A DNA stretch of 64,000 nt from an uncultured delta proteobacterium (GCA_963775425.1 CAVZJB010000001.1:21927-85926), one strand, 5' to 3'. Numbered from the stretch's first letter, positions 43,259 through 53,445 are shown. Numbers and translations: made by a program. The notes: generated by a model not told the origin, from the letters alone.

Positions 43259-44803
43259 TCAGGACGCGAGATCGGCGCGATCGACGCGGGCGATGGAGCG
43301 ACGCCGGAACCCGAGCGCCCCCAGGAAGAACAGCGCGAACCAAGCGGGGAGCGTAGAGCCTTCCCGGCATCCACACCCCGCGGGCGGGCCCGCCTTGAGC
43401 CAGACGTAGGAGGTCTCTGTGAGCGGGTGATCATCCGCGGCGACGACCTCGCCGCGGACGCGGTCGGTGCCGGAGTCATCGGGCGCGCGCGTCAACGTGA
43501 AGACCTGCGGATCTTTGTCGATGGTGACGGGCTGCTCGGTGCCGAGCCCGTTTTCGATGAAGTGGAATTTGTCGCCGACGCCCCCGGTGACGGTCGCGGT
43601 CACCGTCACGCTCTCCCCGATGGCCGTGTCGCCGGTGCGCGGCGGGTCGGTGTCGAGGGCGATCATCGGTGCGTCGCAGTCCTGGAGCTTCACCACCGTG
43701 CGGCTGTCGAGGATCGCCTGCTTGATGCCCTCCTGCGACAGGCTCTGCGCGAACACCAGCGTGCACGGGGTGCCGACGCCCCTGGTGTTCCCCTGCCCCG
43801 CCTGGTGATCGTCGGAGCCGCCGAGCGCCGCGAGGTGGTTGCCCTTGTCGAGGAGGTCCTCCCAGAACAGCAGCGCCTTGTCGGTGAACAGGCCGCCCGC
43901 CTCGTCGTAGCCCTGCGTCTCGATCTCGACGCCCTGGAACGTGCCGACGTCGGGGTCGCCGTGGGTCCACGCGCAGCCGATGCACACGTCGCCGAGGTCG
44001 AGCGCGGGGTGGTTGATGGAAAACAGCGCGCCCTGCGCAGCAAACTCGTCGATGGCCTGCTGCACCGTGCGCCCGTTGTGGCCGATGCGGTGGTCGACGT
44101 ACCGGGTCGCGCCGAAGCCGGTGGCGTGCCCGCCGTACGTGGTGAATTCCACGCCGGGCAGCATCAAGAGCTCGGGGTTTCGCACCTGCGCGGCGACGAG
44201 GCGATCCACCTGCGCCGTGGTGTTGTGATCGGTGATCACCACGAAGTCGAGGCCCTTGCTGATGGCGAGCTGCGCGATCTCGTCGAGCGGCGGCCGCGCG
44301 TCGCCGGAGTCCTCGGAGTGCACGTGGAAGTCGCCGGCGTAGAAGCCGGGCTTGTCGACGAACGCCGGCGCCTCCACGTACGGCGAGCGGTCGCCGAGCG
44401 GGGTGAGCGTCGGCGTGGTGCGCAGGGTGATCTCCACGTGGTAGCCGCAGTCGCCGCTGTGGATGCGCGCCTTGCCGACGTTCACCGTCCACGTGCCCGG
44501 CGGGATGGGCCCGGGCAGGTAGCTCGTCGACGACGCCTCCACGCCGATGATGGCGTCGCCGAGCTTGCCGCCGCCCCAGCCGCGGTACTCGCCGGAGGGG
44601 CCGTACACGCCCCAGTCGAGGACGTCGTTGTCGTGCCTGGGCGCGTGCGCGACCTCGATCTCCTGCGTGCCGTCGGGCACCTCGAAGGGCAGGTCGAAGT
44701 AGTCGTCGTCGCCGGTGTCGGGACAGGGGCCGTCCATGACGATGGGCGCCTGCGCCGTCACGCCCGAGGCGGCGGCGAAGACGAAGGCGGCGAGGGACAT
44801 CAT
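43259..44803 (-). CDS. Secreted PHP-domain (CehA/McbA-like) metallohydrolase with MYXO-CTERM-like tail
   Basis: GDFHVHSEDSGD, ITDHN, GVE, GHA, INHP, GGSDDH; tail GCGC + hydrophobic + RRR. Confidence 0.85.
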   Translation of the reverse strand: MMSLAAFVFAAASGVTAQAPIVMDGPCPDTGDDDYFDLPFEVPDGTQEIEVAHAPRHDNDVLDWGVYGPSGEYRGWGGGKLGDAIIGVEASSTSYLPGPIPPGTWTVNVGKARIHSGDCGYHVEITLRTTPTLTPLGDRSPYVEAPAFVDKPGFYAGDFHVHSEDSGDARPPLDEIAQLAISKGLDFVVITDHNTTAQVDRLVAAQVRNPELLMLPGVEFTTYGGHATGFGATRYVDHRIGHNGRTVQQAIDEFAAQGALFSINHPALDLGDVCIGCAWTHGDPDVGTFQGVEIETQGYDEAGGLFTDKALLFWEDLLDKGNHLAALGGSDDHQAGQGNTRGVGTPCTLVFAQSLSQEGIKQAILDSRTVVKLQDCDAPMIALDTDPPRTGDTAIGESVTVTATVTGGVGDKFHFIENGLGTEQPVTIDKDPQVFTLTRAPDDSGTDRVRGEVVAADDHPLTETSYVWLKAGPPAGCGCREGSTLPAWFALFFLGALGFRRRSIARVDRADLAS

Positions 44804-44821
44804 CGACGCAGGCTAGCGCCG

Positions 44822-45739
44822 TCAGACCGACGCGGGATCCCCCGTCTGGAGGAAGCGCGGCAGCCGCTGGTCGGCGAGGCGCACGAAGGGCGCGAGGTCC
44901 CGCGTGACGAAGTCCTCGCCGTCGTACGTCGCCACGAAGAGGTCGCTCGACGCCACGAGCTGCCCGTCCTTCACCACGAGCGTGTGCGCGCGCAGCGACG
45001 GCTTGAGCGGCTGGATGCGGCCGCCCGACGACGTCTCCTCTACGAAGAACATCCCGTGCGCGCGCGACGACAGCAGCGTGCGCCCCTGGTGGACCGCGAC
45101 GCAGTGCACGTCGAAGGGCGCGGTGGCGAGGGGCGCGACGCCGTTGACGTCGCCGCCGAGGACCGTGCGGCCGGAGGCGGCGGCAATCCGCCCCTCGTCG
45201 TCGACGGCGAGGGCGGCCATGTGCCCGCCCACCTCGAGCGGCACGTCGCGGACGCCGCCCTCGTCGAGGAACAGGAGCTGGCCGTCGTCGGCGGCGGCCA
45301 CGATGCCCTTCTTCGAAGCGGCGAGCTTGCGCGCGCGCACCGCGGGGCCCTCCCTGACCTGGCCGCCGTCGTCGGAGAAGCGCCAGAGGCGATCGTCGCC
45401 GGCGAGGACGACGCTGTCGCCGAAGGCCACGATGGCCCGCGGAGCGGCGAGCTTGTGGCGGCGGCCGCCGACGTGGACGATGCCCTTTTCGTCGAGGACG
45501 AAGAGCGCTCCTGACGCCGACGCCGCGATGCCGCGGGCGACGCCCAGCATCTGGTCGACGGCGGTGGCGGCGCCCGGCCCGAGCCTCACGAGGAAGGTCT
45601 CGGCGACGGCGTCGTCCTCTTCGTCGTAGCGGATGCCGAGGACCGCCTGCTCGGTCGGCGACAAGGCACACACCGCCCCGTAGCGGTGCGCGATCGCGCG
45701 CGCCCGCGCACGCACCGTCTTGGCGGGCACGACCGGCAT
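44822..45739 (-). CDS. Hypothetical beta-propeller-like protein
   Basis: Repeated short beta-strand segments (GALFVLD, GQLLFLD, GRIAAA, GQLVAS). Confidence 0.6.
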   Translation of the reverse strand: MPVVPAKTVRARARAIAHRYGAVCALSPTEQAVLGIRYDEEDDAVAETFLVRLGPGAATAVDQMLGVARGIAASASGALFVLDEKGIVHVGGRRHKLAAPRAIVAFGDSVVLAGDDRLWRFSDDGGQVREGPAVRARKLAASKKGIVAAADDGQLLFLDEGGVRDVPLEVGGHMAALAVDDEGRIAAASGRTVLGGDVNGVAPLATAPFDVHCVAVHQGRTLLSSRAHGMFFVEETSSGGRIQPLKPSLRAHTLVVKDGQLVASSDLFVATYDGEDFVTRDLAPFVRLADQRLPRFLQTGDPASV

Positions 45740-45913
45740 GGGGGAAGCCTAGCGTCGCGTCGTGAAAAGGGAGCTTTTTCTTCCCGCGCTGACGCGATCG
45801 GAGTCACTGTTTCTCGCGGCGTCACGCGCCGGGTGGCGCCCGTCGGCAGCCGGCGGCGCGATGCGCTTGGAGAACACAGAATCAGGCTTCGCGCGCGCGC
45901 TATGGTCCCGGCC

Positions 45914-46942
45914 ATGAGCGTCCGCGTCGTCGTCGTCGGCAACAGCTACGCCGCCTACTGTCAGCTCCCCGCGCTGCGCTGGGCCGGCGGCGCCGAGGTC
46001 GTGGCGCTGTGCGGCCGGGACCGCGGCAAGGCGAGGGCCACCGCGGAGCGGTTCGCCATCCCCCTCGCCACCACGTCGCTCGACGAGGCGCTCGCGCAAA
46101 GGCCCGACCTCGTCCTCGTGTCCACGCCCGTCGCGCTGCATGCGCCCATGGTCGAGCAGGTGCTCGAGACCACCCGCGCCGCGGTCCTCTGTGAGAAGCC
46201 CTTCACCCTCACCGTCGACGAGGCGCGACGCTTGACGCGCCTGGCGCAGGGCCGCCTCGCGCTCGTCGATCACCAATTGCGCTTCTCCGCGCCGCGGCGG
46301 CGCTTCAAGCGGCTCGTCGACGAGGGCGCCGCCGGCACGCCGTGGGTCGCGCGCGCCGAGATGTGCTTCGGCTCCGTCGCCCGCCTCACGCGCAAGGCCT
46401 CCTGGTGGGACGACGCGTCCCGCGGCGGCGGCGCGCTGCAGGCCATCGGCTCCCACCTCGTCGACGGCCTGTGCTTCATCCTCGGTCCCGTCGTCGACGT
46501 GCAGGCCCGCCTCAGCACGTGCGTCAAGGAGCGCCTCGACGACGACGGCGCCCCGCGCCGTGTCACCGCCGACAATCACGCCGAGCTCTGGCTCACCCAC
46601 AGCTCCGGCGCGCGCTCGACGATGCTGTGCACCACCGCCCAGGTCCACGGGCGCCGCGCGCTGCTCGAGGTCATCGGCAGCCGCGGCGTGGTGCGCCTCG
46701 TCGACGAGGAGGCGCTGTACGTCGGGCGCCATGACGGCCCGCTCGAGCGCGTCGACGTGCGCCTGGCCGCCGTGGACGAGGTCGACGCCTGCAACGACAG
46801 CGCCTTCGCCCGCAGCGAGCCGCTGTTCATGCGTGCGATCGTCGAGGCCGTCGCCGCGGGCGAAGGCGGCGTCGACGGCGCCGCCACGTTCGCCGACGGC
46901 GCCGCGGTCGTGCAGGTGCTCGCCGCCGCGCGCGCCCGCTGA
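45914..46942 (+). CDS. Gfo/Idh/MocA family oxidoreductase
   Basis: STPVALH, VLCEKP, RGGGALQAIGSHLVD. Confidence 0.88.
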   Translation: MSVRVVVVGNSYAAYCQLPALRWAGGAEVVALCGRDRGKARATAERFAIPLATTSLDEALAQRPDLVLVSTPVALHAPMVEQVLETTRAAVLCEKPFTLTVDEARRLTRLAQGRLALVDHQLRFSAPRRRFKRLVDEGAAGTPWVARAEMCFGSVARLTRKASWWDDASRGGGALQAIGSHLVDGLCFILGPVVDVQARLSTCVKERLDDDGAPRRVTADNHAELWLTHSSGARSTMLCTTAQVHGRRALLEVIGSRGVVRLVDEEALYVGRHDGPLERVDVRLAAVDEVDACNDSAFARSEPLFMRAIVEAVAAGEGGVDGAATFADGAAVVQVLAAARAR

Positions 46943-46955
46943 CCGGGCGCACGGC

Positions 46956-47684
46956 TCAAAACACGCCACCGCAGCCGAGGCCGTCGAAGAGCGTGGGCGC
47001 CTCGAGGAGGCTCACCGGCTTCGCGGGCCGCGACGCGCGGCGCGGCTCGCCGAACGCGAGCGGGATGACCACGCGCGCCTCGACGGTGCGGCCGCCGGCG
47101 AAGCGGGCCCCTGAGAGGACGTGGGCGACGCAGGTGCGCGCGCGCTGGTTGGGCATGGTGCCGGCGTCGGCCTCGACGCGCGCGACGGCGCCGTCGGGGC
47201 GAAGGAGCAGGTGCGCGACGACGGTGCCGGTGAGCCCGGGGTTGCGCTTGCGAGCGGCGGCGACGCAGCGGTCGAGGTCGTCCTGCAGCGCGTCGACGAC
47301 GAGCGCGAGGTCGGCGGGCGACGTCCCCGGGGGCGGCGCCGGACCGACGACGAAGCGGATGACGGCGTGGGTGGGCGGCTCCTTGCCGCGATCGGCGAAG
47401 GGGAGCCTGTGCAGGGCGTCGGTGAAGCAAGGCGCCGCCACGGCGTCGTCGCCGAAGATCGCGACGTGGTCGACGAAGCCGGCGGCGAGGATCTCGACGT
47501 CGGCGACGACGGTCCCGTCCGCGCGCGCGCACGCCTGCAGCGACGGCGCCGCCTGGTGCAGCACCCGCTTCACCTCGCGCGCCGGACGCAGGCCGCGCAC
47601 GTCGACGTCCTCGGAGAAGCCGGCCCAGAGCACCGGCGTCGCGGACGCGAGCAGAGCGACGGGGAGGGCGGCGGCGAGGGCCAT
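46956..47684 (-). CDS. AgmX/PglI C-terminal (TonB-C-like) double-domain protein
   Basis: Two Cys-paired modules; RCVAAARKRNPGLTGTVVAHLLLRPDGAV...CVAHVLSGARF...VVIPLAF. Confidence 0.7.
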   Translation of the reverse strand: MALAAALPVALLASATPVLWAGFSEDVDVRGLRPAREVKRVLHQAAPSLQACARADGTVVADVEILAAGFVDHVAIFGDDAVAAPCFTDALHRLPFADRGKEPPTHAVIRFVVGPAPPPGTSPADLALVVDALQDDLDRCVAAARKRNPGLTGTVVAHLLLRPDGAVARVEADAGTMPNQRARTCVAHVLSGARFAGGRTVEARVVIPLAFGEPRRASRPAKPVSLLEAPTLFDGLGCGGVF

Positions 47685-48448
47685 CAGTCGTCGAGGTCCG
47701 TAGAGGTGCCCGCGAGCTCCACGGGACGGGCGTGGCCGCAGGCGTCCTCGACGTCTATGACGACGCGGTAGGCGCCGGTCTCCTTCTCGAGGAAGCACGC
47801 GCGCCAGCCCTCTCCGTCCCACAGGAACGCGAAGCCCTCGCCCGGCGCGGGGTTGCTCTCCACCGAGACGGCGTCCTTGCGCAGGTACGTGAGCGCGCAG
47901 CCGTGCTCGCGCGGGATGCGCGCGCAGCGCTGGCGGAACGCGCCGGGGCCGACGGTGGCGGGCTGGGCGCCGTCCACCTTGCTCCACAGCAGGTCGTTTT
48001 CGTCGGCGCAGCCGGCGACGACGAGGGACGCGGGCGCGCCGGCGTCCGGGGCGTCGGTGGGGCGCACGAAGGCGGCGTCCTCGAAGCACAGCCTGCCGTC
48101 GCTGCGGGTGGCGCAGCCGCGGGCGGTGTACAGGACGAGCTTGTCGAGGCCGCCCCGGGACCAGACCAGGCGGCACGCCTCTTCGTCGCCGCCGAGGCCG
48201 ACGTGGATCTCGCCGACGCCGGGCACGCCCACGACGCGTTGGGCGACGCCGGCGCTGACGGCGCGCACGGTGAACGTGGCCGGCCCGGCGAACGCGCGCG
48301 CGTGCGAGGCGCCGTCGGCGACGACGAGGCCGGTGCCGGGGTCGATGCGCTGCGGGGTGGCGCAGCCGGCGAGCGCGATGAAGACGGCGAGCGCGCGCCA
48401 CGGGGGGGCGGCCCACGACAATCGCCGGCTCGCGGGGCACGAGCTCAT
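47684..48448 (-). CDS. Lipoprotein, unknown function
   Basis: ALAGC lipobox; coupled to both neighbouring genes. Confidence 0.6.
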   Translation of the reverse strand: MSSCPASRRLSWAAPPWRALAVFIALAGCATPQRIDPGTGLVVADGASHARAFAGPATFTVRAVSAGVAQRVVGVPGVGEIHVGLGGDEEACRLVWSRGGLDKLVLYTARGCATRSDGRLCFEDAAFVRPTDAPDAGAPASLVVAGCADENDLLWSKVDGAQPATVGPGAFRQRCARIPREHGCALTYLRKDAVSVESNPAPGEGFAFLWDGEGWRACFLEKETGAYRVVIDVEDACGHARPVELAGTSTDLDD

Positions 48449-49392
48449 CGGGGCCTCAGGGGGTCGTCGGTGACGATGGCGTCGACGCCGAGGCCGGCGA
48501 GCCTCCTCCAGCCCGCGTCGTCGTTGACGGTCCAGGGGACGACGGCGAGGCCCGCCTTGTGGGCGGCGGCGACGAGGGCGGCGTCGGTGCGCGCGGCGGG
48601 TGGGGACACGAGGAGGGCGGCGACGCGCTCGGCGCGCCCGACGGCGTCTTCGCCGTCTTCGACGAGCAGGCCGCGCGCGAGCCAGGGGGCGTGGGCGGCG
48701 ACGGCGGCGACGACGGGATCGCTGAAGGACTCGACGACGACGCGGGCGGCGACGCGGCCGCCGCGCGGCACCGCGCGCGCGAGGAGGTGGGCGAGGCGCA
48801 TCGGCGGCGGGGCGTCGTCGGCCTTCACCTCGACGAGGAACAGCGGCGCGTGGAGCGCGAGCACCTCGTCGAGGGTGGGGATGCGGGCGCCGCCGGCGGG
48901 GCGCTGCCGGGGGAACGCGGGGTCGGCGGCGCCGCAATCGAAGCGCCGCAGCTCGGCGAGGCTGAGCGCGCGCACGCGGCGCGTCGGCGGCGGCGCGGCG
49001 CCCTCTTCGACGGTGCAGCGCGCGGGGACCACGGCGTCGTGGATGACCACGAGCGCGTCGTCGCGGGTGACGCGCAGGTCGAGCTCGACGGCGGCGTTGT
49101 GGGCGGCGGCGAGCGAGAAGCCCGCGAGCGTGTTCTCCGGGCGGTGCGCCGGCGCGCCCCGGTGGCCCACCACCGTCGGCGCGGCGCGCCCGTGGACGAG
49201 GCCGCCGTCCGTGAAGACCGCGGCGGTGCCGGTGGCCACGGCGGCGGCGACGAGGGCGCGCAGGGCCACCGCGAGCGGGACGCGGCGGGCCACGACGCTC
49301 CCGAGGAGGTCGACGAGGAGGTCGACGCGGAGGCCGCCGCGGAGGTCGACGAGGCGGTCGACGAGGCGGACCGCGAGGGCGGCGAAGCGCAT
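48445..49392 (-). CDS. Glycerophosphodiester phosphodiesterase
   Basis: GHRGA, PENTL, VELDL, VVIHD, RIPTLDEVL, VEVK, WTVND, GVDAIVTDDP. Confidence 0.88.
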   Translation of the reverse strand: MRFAALAVRLVDRLVDLRGGLRVDLLVDLLGSVVARRVPLAVALRALVAAAVATGTAAVFTDGGLVHGRAAPTVVGHRGAPAHRPENTLAGFSLAAAHNAAVELDLRVTRDDALVVIHDAVVPARCTVEEGAAPPPTRRVRALSLAELRRFDCGAADPAFPRQRPAGGARIPTLDEVLALHAPLFLVEVKADDAPPPMRLAHLLARAVPRGGRVAARVVVESFSDPVVAAVAAHAPWLARGLLVEDGEDAVGRAERVAALLVSPPAARTDAALVAAAHKAGLAVVPWTVNDDAGWRRLAGLGVDAIVTDDPLRPR

Positions 49393-49440
49393 GCCGCAAT
49401 CATACGGCAGGCGTCGCCGGCGCCGCAGCGCGCGCCCGGT

Positions 49441-49662
49441 CGCGCACGGCCGAGCCGCTGTGGCTCCTGCGGCGCACGCGCACGGCCGCGCCGCTGTGGC
49501 GCTCCTGCGGCGCACGCGCACGGCCGCGCCGCTGTGGCTCCTGCGGCGCTCGCGCACGGCCGAGCCGCTGTGGCTCCTGCGGCGCACGCGCACGGCCGCG
49601 CCGCTGTGGCGCTCCTGCGGCGCACGCGCACGGCCGCGCCGCCGTGGCGCTCCTGCGGCACA
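49441..49662. repeat. Intergenic tandem array of six 36/38-bp hairpin units
   Basis: Unit CGCGCACGGCCG(A/C)GCCGCTGTGG(CG)CTCCTGCGGCGCA; lengths 36,38,36,36,38,38; no spacers. Confidence 0.92.
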
Positions 49663-49677
49663 CGCGCGAGCCGCGCC

Positions 49678-50340
49678 CTACGACGACGCGCGGGCGATGT
49701 CCGCGGGGCTCACGGTGAGGGCGCGGGCGCGGGCGCAGCGGCGGCGGGAGCGCTCCACGCCGACGGCGTCGAGGCCGAGGGCGTTGGCGACGGCCAGGAC
49801 GGTGCCGACGCCGCAGAACGGGTCGAGCACCACGCGGGCGCCCGCGTGCTCATGCACGAAGCGGACGGCCTCGGCGCAGCCGCGCATCCCCATCGCGCGG
49901 GTCCACGCGAGCCGTCCGGCGTCGACGATGACGTCGGGGAACGGCAGCACCGCCGGCGCCCGCGCCTCGCGCGACACCGCCACGAGGTGGGTGTAGGCCG
50001 GGCGGCCGTAGGTCAGCGTGCCCGGCGGCCGGCGGCACACCACCTTGTGGAACAGCACCTGCGCGCCCGCGTCCTCGGCCGCGCGCACCACGAGCGCGCC
50101 CTTGTCCACGAGGCGGCCCTCGCGCTTGATGTCGGTCTGGAAGAACACCGCGGCGCTGGCGGCGGGGACGACGTCGATGACGAGGCGAACGGCGTCGAGG
50201 AACCACGCGCGCCAGCTCGACAGGTCGAGGCCGAGCTCCGACACGTCCGGCAGCGACGTCACCGCCGCGCAGCCCTCGAGGGGCCCGCGCTCCTTGAGCC
50301 ACGCGACGGCGTCGGCGCAGATGACATCGCGGGCCGGCAT
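49678..50340 (-). CDS. SAM-dependent methyltransferase, N4/N6 DNA-methylase-like fold
   Basis: ADAVAWL, VTSLPD at the (S/D)PPY position, VLDPFCGVGT motif I, AVGVERS. Confidence 0.8.
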   Translation of the reverse strand: MPARDVICADAVAWLKERGPLEGCAAVTSLPDVSELGLDLSSWRAWFLDAVRLVIDVVPAASAAVFFQTDIKREGRLVDKGALVVRAAEDAGAQVLFHKVVCRRPPGTLTYGRPAYTHLVAVSREARAPAVLPFPDVIVDAGRLAWTRAMGMRGCAEAVRFVHEHAGARVVLDPFCGVGTVLAVANALGLDAVGVERSRRRCARARALTVSPADIARASS

Positions 50341-50379
50341 GAACGCCAGGTTGGCACAGCGTTGCCGTATGCTCGAGGC

Positions 50380-53300
50380 ATGGAACCCGATGCGCCTTCC
50401 ACGTCGACGACACCCCCCGGTCGCGCCGTCGCCTCGGCCGGGCGCCCCGGCGCGCTCGGGCCCGCGCGGCTCGCGTTCGTCATCATCGCGGGCGCGCTCG
50501 GAGCGACGGCCCCCGGCTGCGACTGCGGTGCCGCGCGCCCCTGCGCCAGCTCGGGCGACTGCCTCGCGGGCCAGGTCTGCATCTTCGGCCCCGACGGCGC
50601 CGGCGCCTGCGACCTCGTCCCCGTCGTCGCGGAAGGCGAGGGCGAGGGCGAAGGCGAAGGCGAAGGAGAGGGCGAGGGCGAGGGAGAAGAAGGAGAAGGC
50701 GAGGGCGAGGGCGAGGGCGAAGGCGATCCCTGCGGCAACGGCGTCCTCGACGATGGGGAGGCCTGCGACGACGGCAACGCCGACGACAACGACCTGTGCT
50801 CCAACGCCTGCACCGAGACCGCCGTCACCGCCTCGCCCGTCCTCGGCGCGCAGCCGTTGCGCGCGCTGCCGCTGCAATTCCCCGGCGCCGTGTGGAGCGC
50901 GCCCGGCCGCGGCGTCGTCGTCACCGAGCTCACCGGCGCCGTCTACTTCGAGCCGCCCGGCGGCGCGCTGTTCTTCCGCGTCGACGGCGACGCGCCCGCG
51001 TCCCGCGCCGACACGCTCGACGGCCAGGCCACCGTCGGGCCCGCCGCCGCCGCCCCCGACGGCAGCATCGTCTTCCTCGACACCAGGACCCACGTCGTCA
51101 AACGCCTCGACCCCGCCGGCGGCGCAGCCGTCGTCCTCGTCGGCAACGGCTCCACCACCGGCACGCCGCACGACCCGCAGGGCTTCGTGTTCCCCGGCGG
51201 CCCCACGACCATCCAGGTGGGCAACACCCGCGCCCTCGACGTCGACGCCGACGGCGTCGTCTACCTCGCCGGGGACGACCGCGTCATCGCGTTCGACCCC
51301 GTCACGCACGTTACGCGCGTGGTGGCCGGCACCGTCGACGGCGCCACCAGCGGCGGCACGGCGGCGCAGCTCGCGTCGTTCAGCGAGGTCGACGACGTCG
51401 GCATCGAGACCGACGCGGACGGCGCCGCCGTCGGGCTGTGGCTGGTCGCGTTCCACGGGTCGACGGCGGCGGCGCACGTGTCCCTCGCCGACGGCGCGGT
51501 CGAGTTCCTCGGCGGCAGCGGCAGCGCCTGCGACGGCGCGCCCCTGTCGGGCTGCACGCTGGGCGTGCGCGCCATCACGAGCGACGGGGCCGCCGGCTTC
51601 TACGCGGTGGCCGTCGCGACGCAGGTGAACGAGGCGGGCGTGTTCCACGTGGACGGGCCCGCGCCAAGCGCCACCGTGACCACCATCCTGCCCATCGGCG
51701 AGACGGGCTTCGCGCGCCACCTCGCGCTCGTGGAGCCCGACGTCCTCGCGGCGGTGAGCGGGCTCAGCAGCGAGATGACGCTCGTCCACCTCGACGGCAC
51801 GCAGGAGTCGGTGTCGCTGCCCACCCCTGGGCGGGGCACGGACCGCACGCTCTTCCCCATCGTCTCCGCGGCGGCGGGCGGCGGCACCGTGTTCTTCGCC
51901 ACGCTGTTCGATCTGTGGTCCGTCGACGAGGACAGCGGCGCGCTCAGCCACCTGGCCGGCGCCGCCGCCCTCGGCCCGTGCAGCGACGCCACGGAATTCC
52001 AGTTCTTCAGCGGCCTCGCCGCCGGCGCCGACGGCGCCACGGTGTTCTTCTCGCAACAGCGCGACGACCGCGTCTGCAGCCTCGACGTCGCCACGGGCGC
52101 CGTCGCCGTCGTCAACGACGCGTTGAACGCGCCCGGGCCCATCGCCGCGCGCAGCGCCGACCTCATCGCGGCCTGCGACGACGGCGTGTTCACCGTTCCG
52201 CTCGACGGCTCCACGGCGGTGCGGCTGTTGGCGTCGCAGGGCGCCGGCACGTTCCGCGCCGTGGCCGCGGCCGGCGAGGAGGCGCAGGTGCTCAAGCTCG
52301 GCGACGCCCGGGTGTTGATCGGGCCGCCGCCCGCGAACGCGCTCAACAACGTCGACGCGTTCCCCGGGCAGATCGGCATCGCGGTGGGCGCGGGCACCGG
52401 CGCGTCCGTGGGCTACGACCCCGCCGACCACGCGGTGAAGGTCGTCGACGGATCGGGCGCGGTGACGACGACCCTGGCGGGCGGAGACGCCGCCGGCGGC
52501 TTCCTCGACGGCCCCGCGGCGGACGCGCGCTTCCCCGACCAGAACGTGAGCGCCGTGTTCGGCCTCGCCGACGGCGCGGTGGGCGTGCTCGAGGGCGAGT
52601 CCATCCGCCTCGTGAAGGGCGGCGCGGTGTCCACGCTCGTCGGCTCCGACCAGCTCAGCGAGGACGGGCCGTTTTCGCAGGCGCGGCTCATCGAGCCGCG
52701 ATCGCTGTCGTGCGTCGGCCACACGTGCCTCGCCGCGGACGGGGCCACAGCGACGCTGCGGCGGCTCGACCTCGACGGCGGCCGCCTCGAGCGCGTGCTC
52801 GGCGCCGACGGCGCGCGCCTCGAGGGCCTCACCTTCGCGTCGCTCGTCGACGCCGGCGCCGCGCTGTTCAGCGACGGGGCGGCGGTGTCGCGCGGGGCGC
52901 TCCCGGACGGCGCCGTCGTCACGGTGGTGCCGCACGCCGACGCGGGCGCGCCGTCGTCGGTCCTTGGCATCGACGGCGGCGCGCGGGTGCTGTTCGTCGA
53001 CGGCAACGACCTGAAGCTCTCCGACGCCGACGGCGTCACCGAGGTGAGCCCCATCGGCGACGCGTCCTTCGGCCTCGCCTATGACGACGTGGAGCACGTG
53101 GTGTTCGTCGGCACCGAGAGCGGCTTCGTCGCTTTCGACCTCGATCCGGGCGAGGCGCCGGCCGTCAGCTCGTTCAGGCTCGACTTCGACGTGGACGGCA
53201 CGGGCGCGGGCATCGCGCGCGACACCTTCGGCAACCTCTACCTCGCCACCACCAAGGGGCTCGTCGAGGTGTTTCCCGACGGGGGCAAGCGCACGCTCCT

Positions 53301-53445
53301 GCAGGTCGGCGATCCGCTGCTGCCGTTTTCGGGCGACCCGGCCCGGAGCTTCTTTTGCGCGGGCGGCGGCCTCGCCGTCGTCGACGACGACGTCCTCCTC
53401 GCCGACCGCTGCACCGGCGCCGTCATCCGCGTCGCCATCGAGTAG
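50380..53445 (+). CDS. Large exported EG-repeat protein with myxobacterial Cys-rich repeat and NHL-like beta-propellers
   Basis: PGCDCG, GE tract at 50632-50724, CGNGVLDDGEACDDGNADDNDLCSNAC, GFLDGPAADARF and EDGPFSQARLIEP NHL-like motifs. Confidence 0.8.
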   Translation: MEPDAPSTSTTPPGRAVASAGRPGALGPARLAFVIIAGALGATAPGCDCGAARPCASSGDCLAGQVCIFGPDGAGACDLVPVVAEGEGEGEGEGEGEGEGEGEEGEGEGEGEGEGDPCGNGVLDDGEACDDGNADDNDLCSNACTETAVTASPVLGAQPLRALPLQFPGAVWSAPGRGVVVTELTGAVYFEPPGGALFFRVDGDAPASRADTLDGQATVGPAAAAPDGSIVFLDTRTHVVKRLDPAGGAAVVLVGNGSTTGTPHDPQGFVFPGGPTTIQVGNTRALDVDADGVVYLAGDDRVIAFDPVTHVTRVVAGTVDGATSGGTAAQLASFSEVDDVGIETDADGAAVGLWLVAFHGSTAAAHVSLADGAVEFLGGSGSACDGAPLSGCTLGVRAITSDGAAGFYAVAVATQVNEAGVFHVDGPAPSATVTTILPIGETGFARHLALVEPDVLAAVSGLSSEMTLVHLDGTQESVSLPTPGRGTDRTLFPIVSAAAGGGTVFFATLFDLWSVDEDSGALSHLAGAAALGPCSDATEFQFFSGLAAGADGATVFFSQQRDDRVCSLDVATGAVAVVNDALNAPGPIAARSADLIAACDDGVFTVPLDGSTAVRLLASQGAGTFRAVAAAGEEAQVLKLGDARVLIGPPPANALNNVDAFPGQIGIAVGAGTGASVGYDPADHAVKVVDGSGAVTTTLAGGDAAGGFLDGPAADARFPDQNVSAVFGLADGAVGVLEGESIRLVKGGAVSTLVGSDQLSEDGPFSQARLIEPRSLSCVGHTCLAADGATATLRRLDLDGGRLERVLGADGARLEGLTFASLVDAGAALFSDGAAVSRGALPDGAVVTVVPHADAGAPSSVLGIDGGARVLFVDGNDLKLSDADGVTEVSPIGDASFGLAYDDVEHVVFVGTESGFVAFDLDPGEAPAVSSFRLDFDVDGTGAGIARDTFGNLYLATTKGLVEVFPDGGKRTLLQVGDPLLPFSGDPARSFFCAGGGLAVVDDDVLLADRCTGAVIRVAIE

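Noticed and set aside
49441-49662. CRISPR array (36-38-bp palindromic repeats)
   Set aside because: Units are directly adjacent with no unique spacers, and there are no cas genes in the window.
48559-53445. 1628-aa and 1139-aa ORFs taken as single giant proteins
   Set aside because: The plausible genes are only the distal parts (50380..53445 + and 49678..50340 -); the extensions overlap other genes in antisense.
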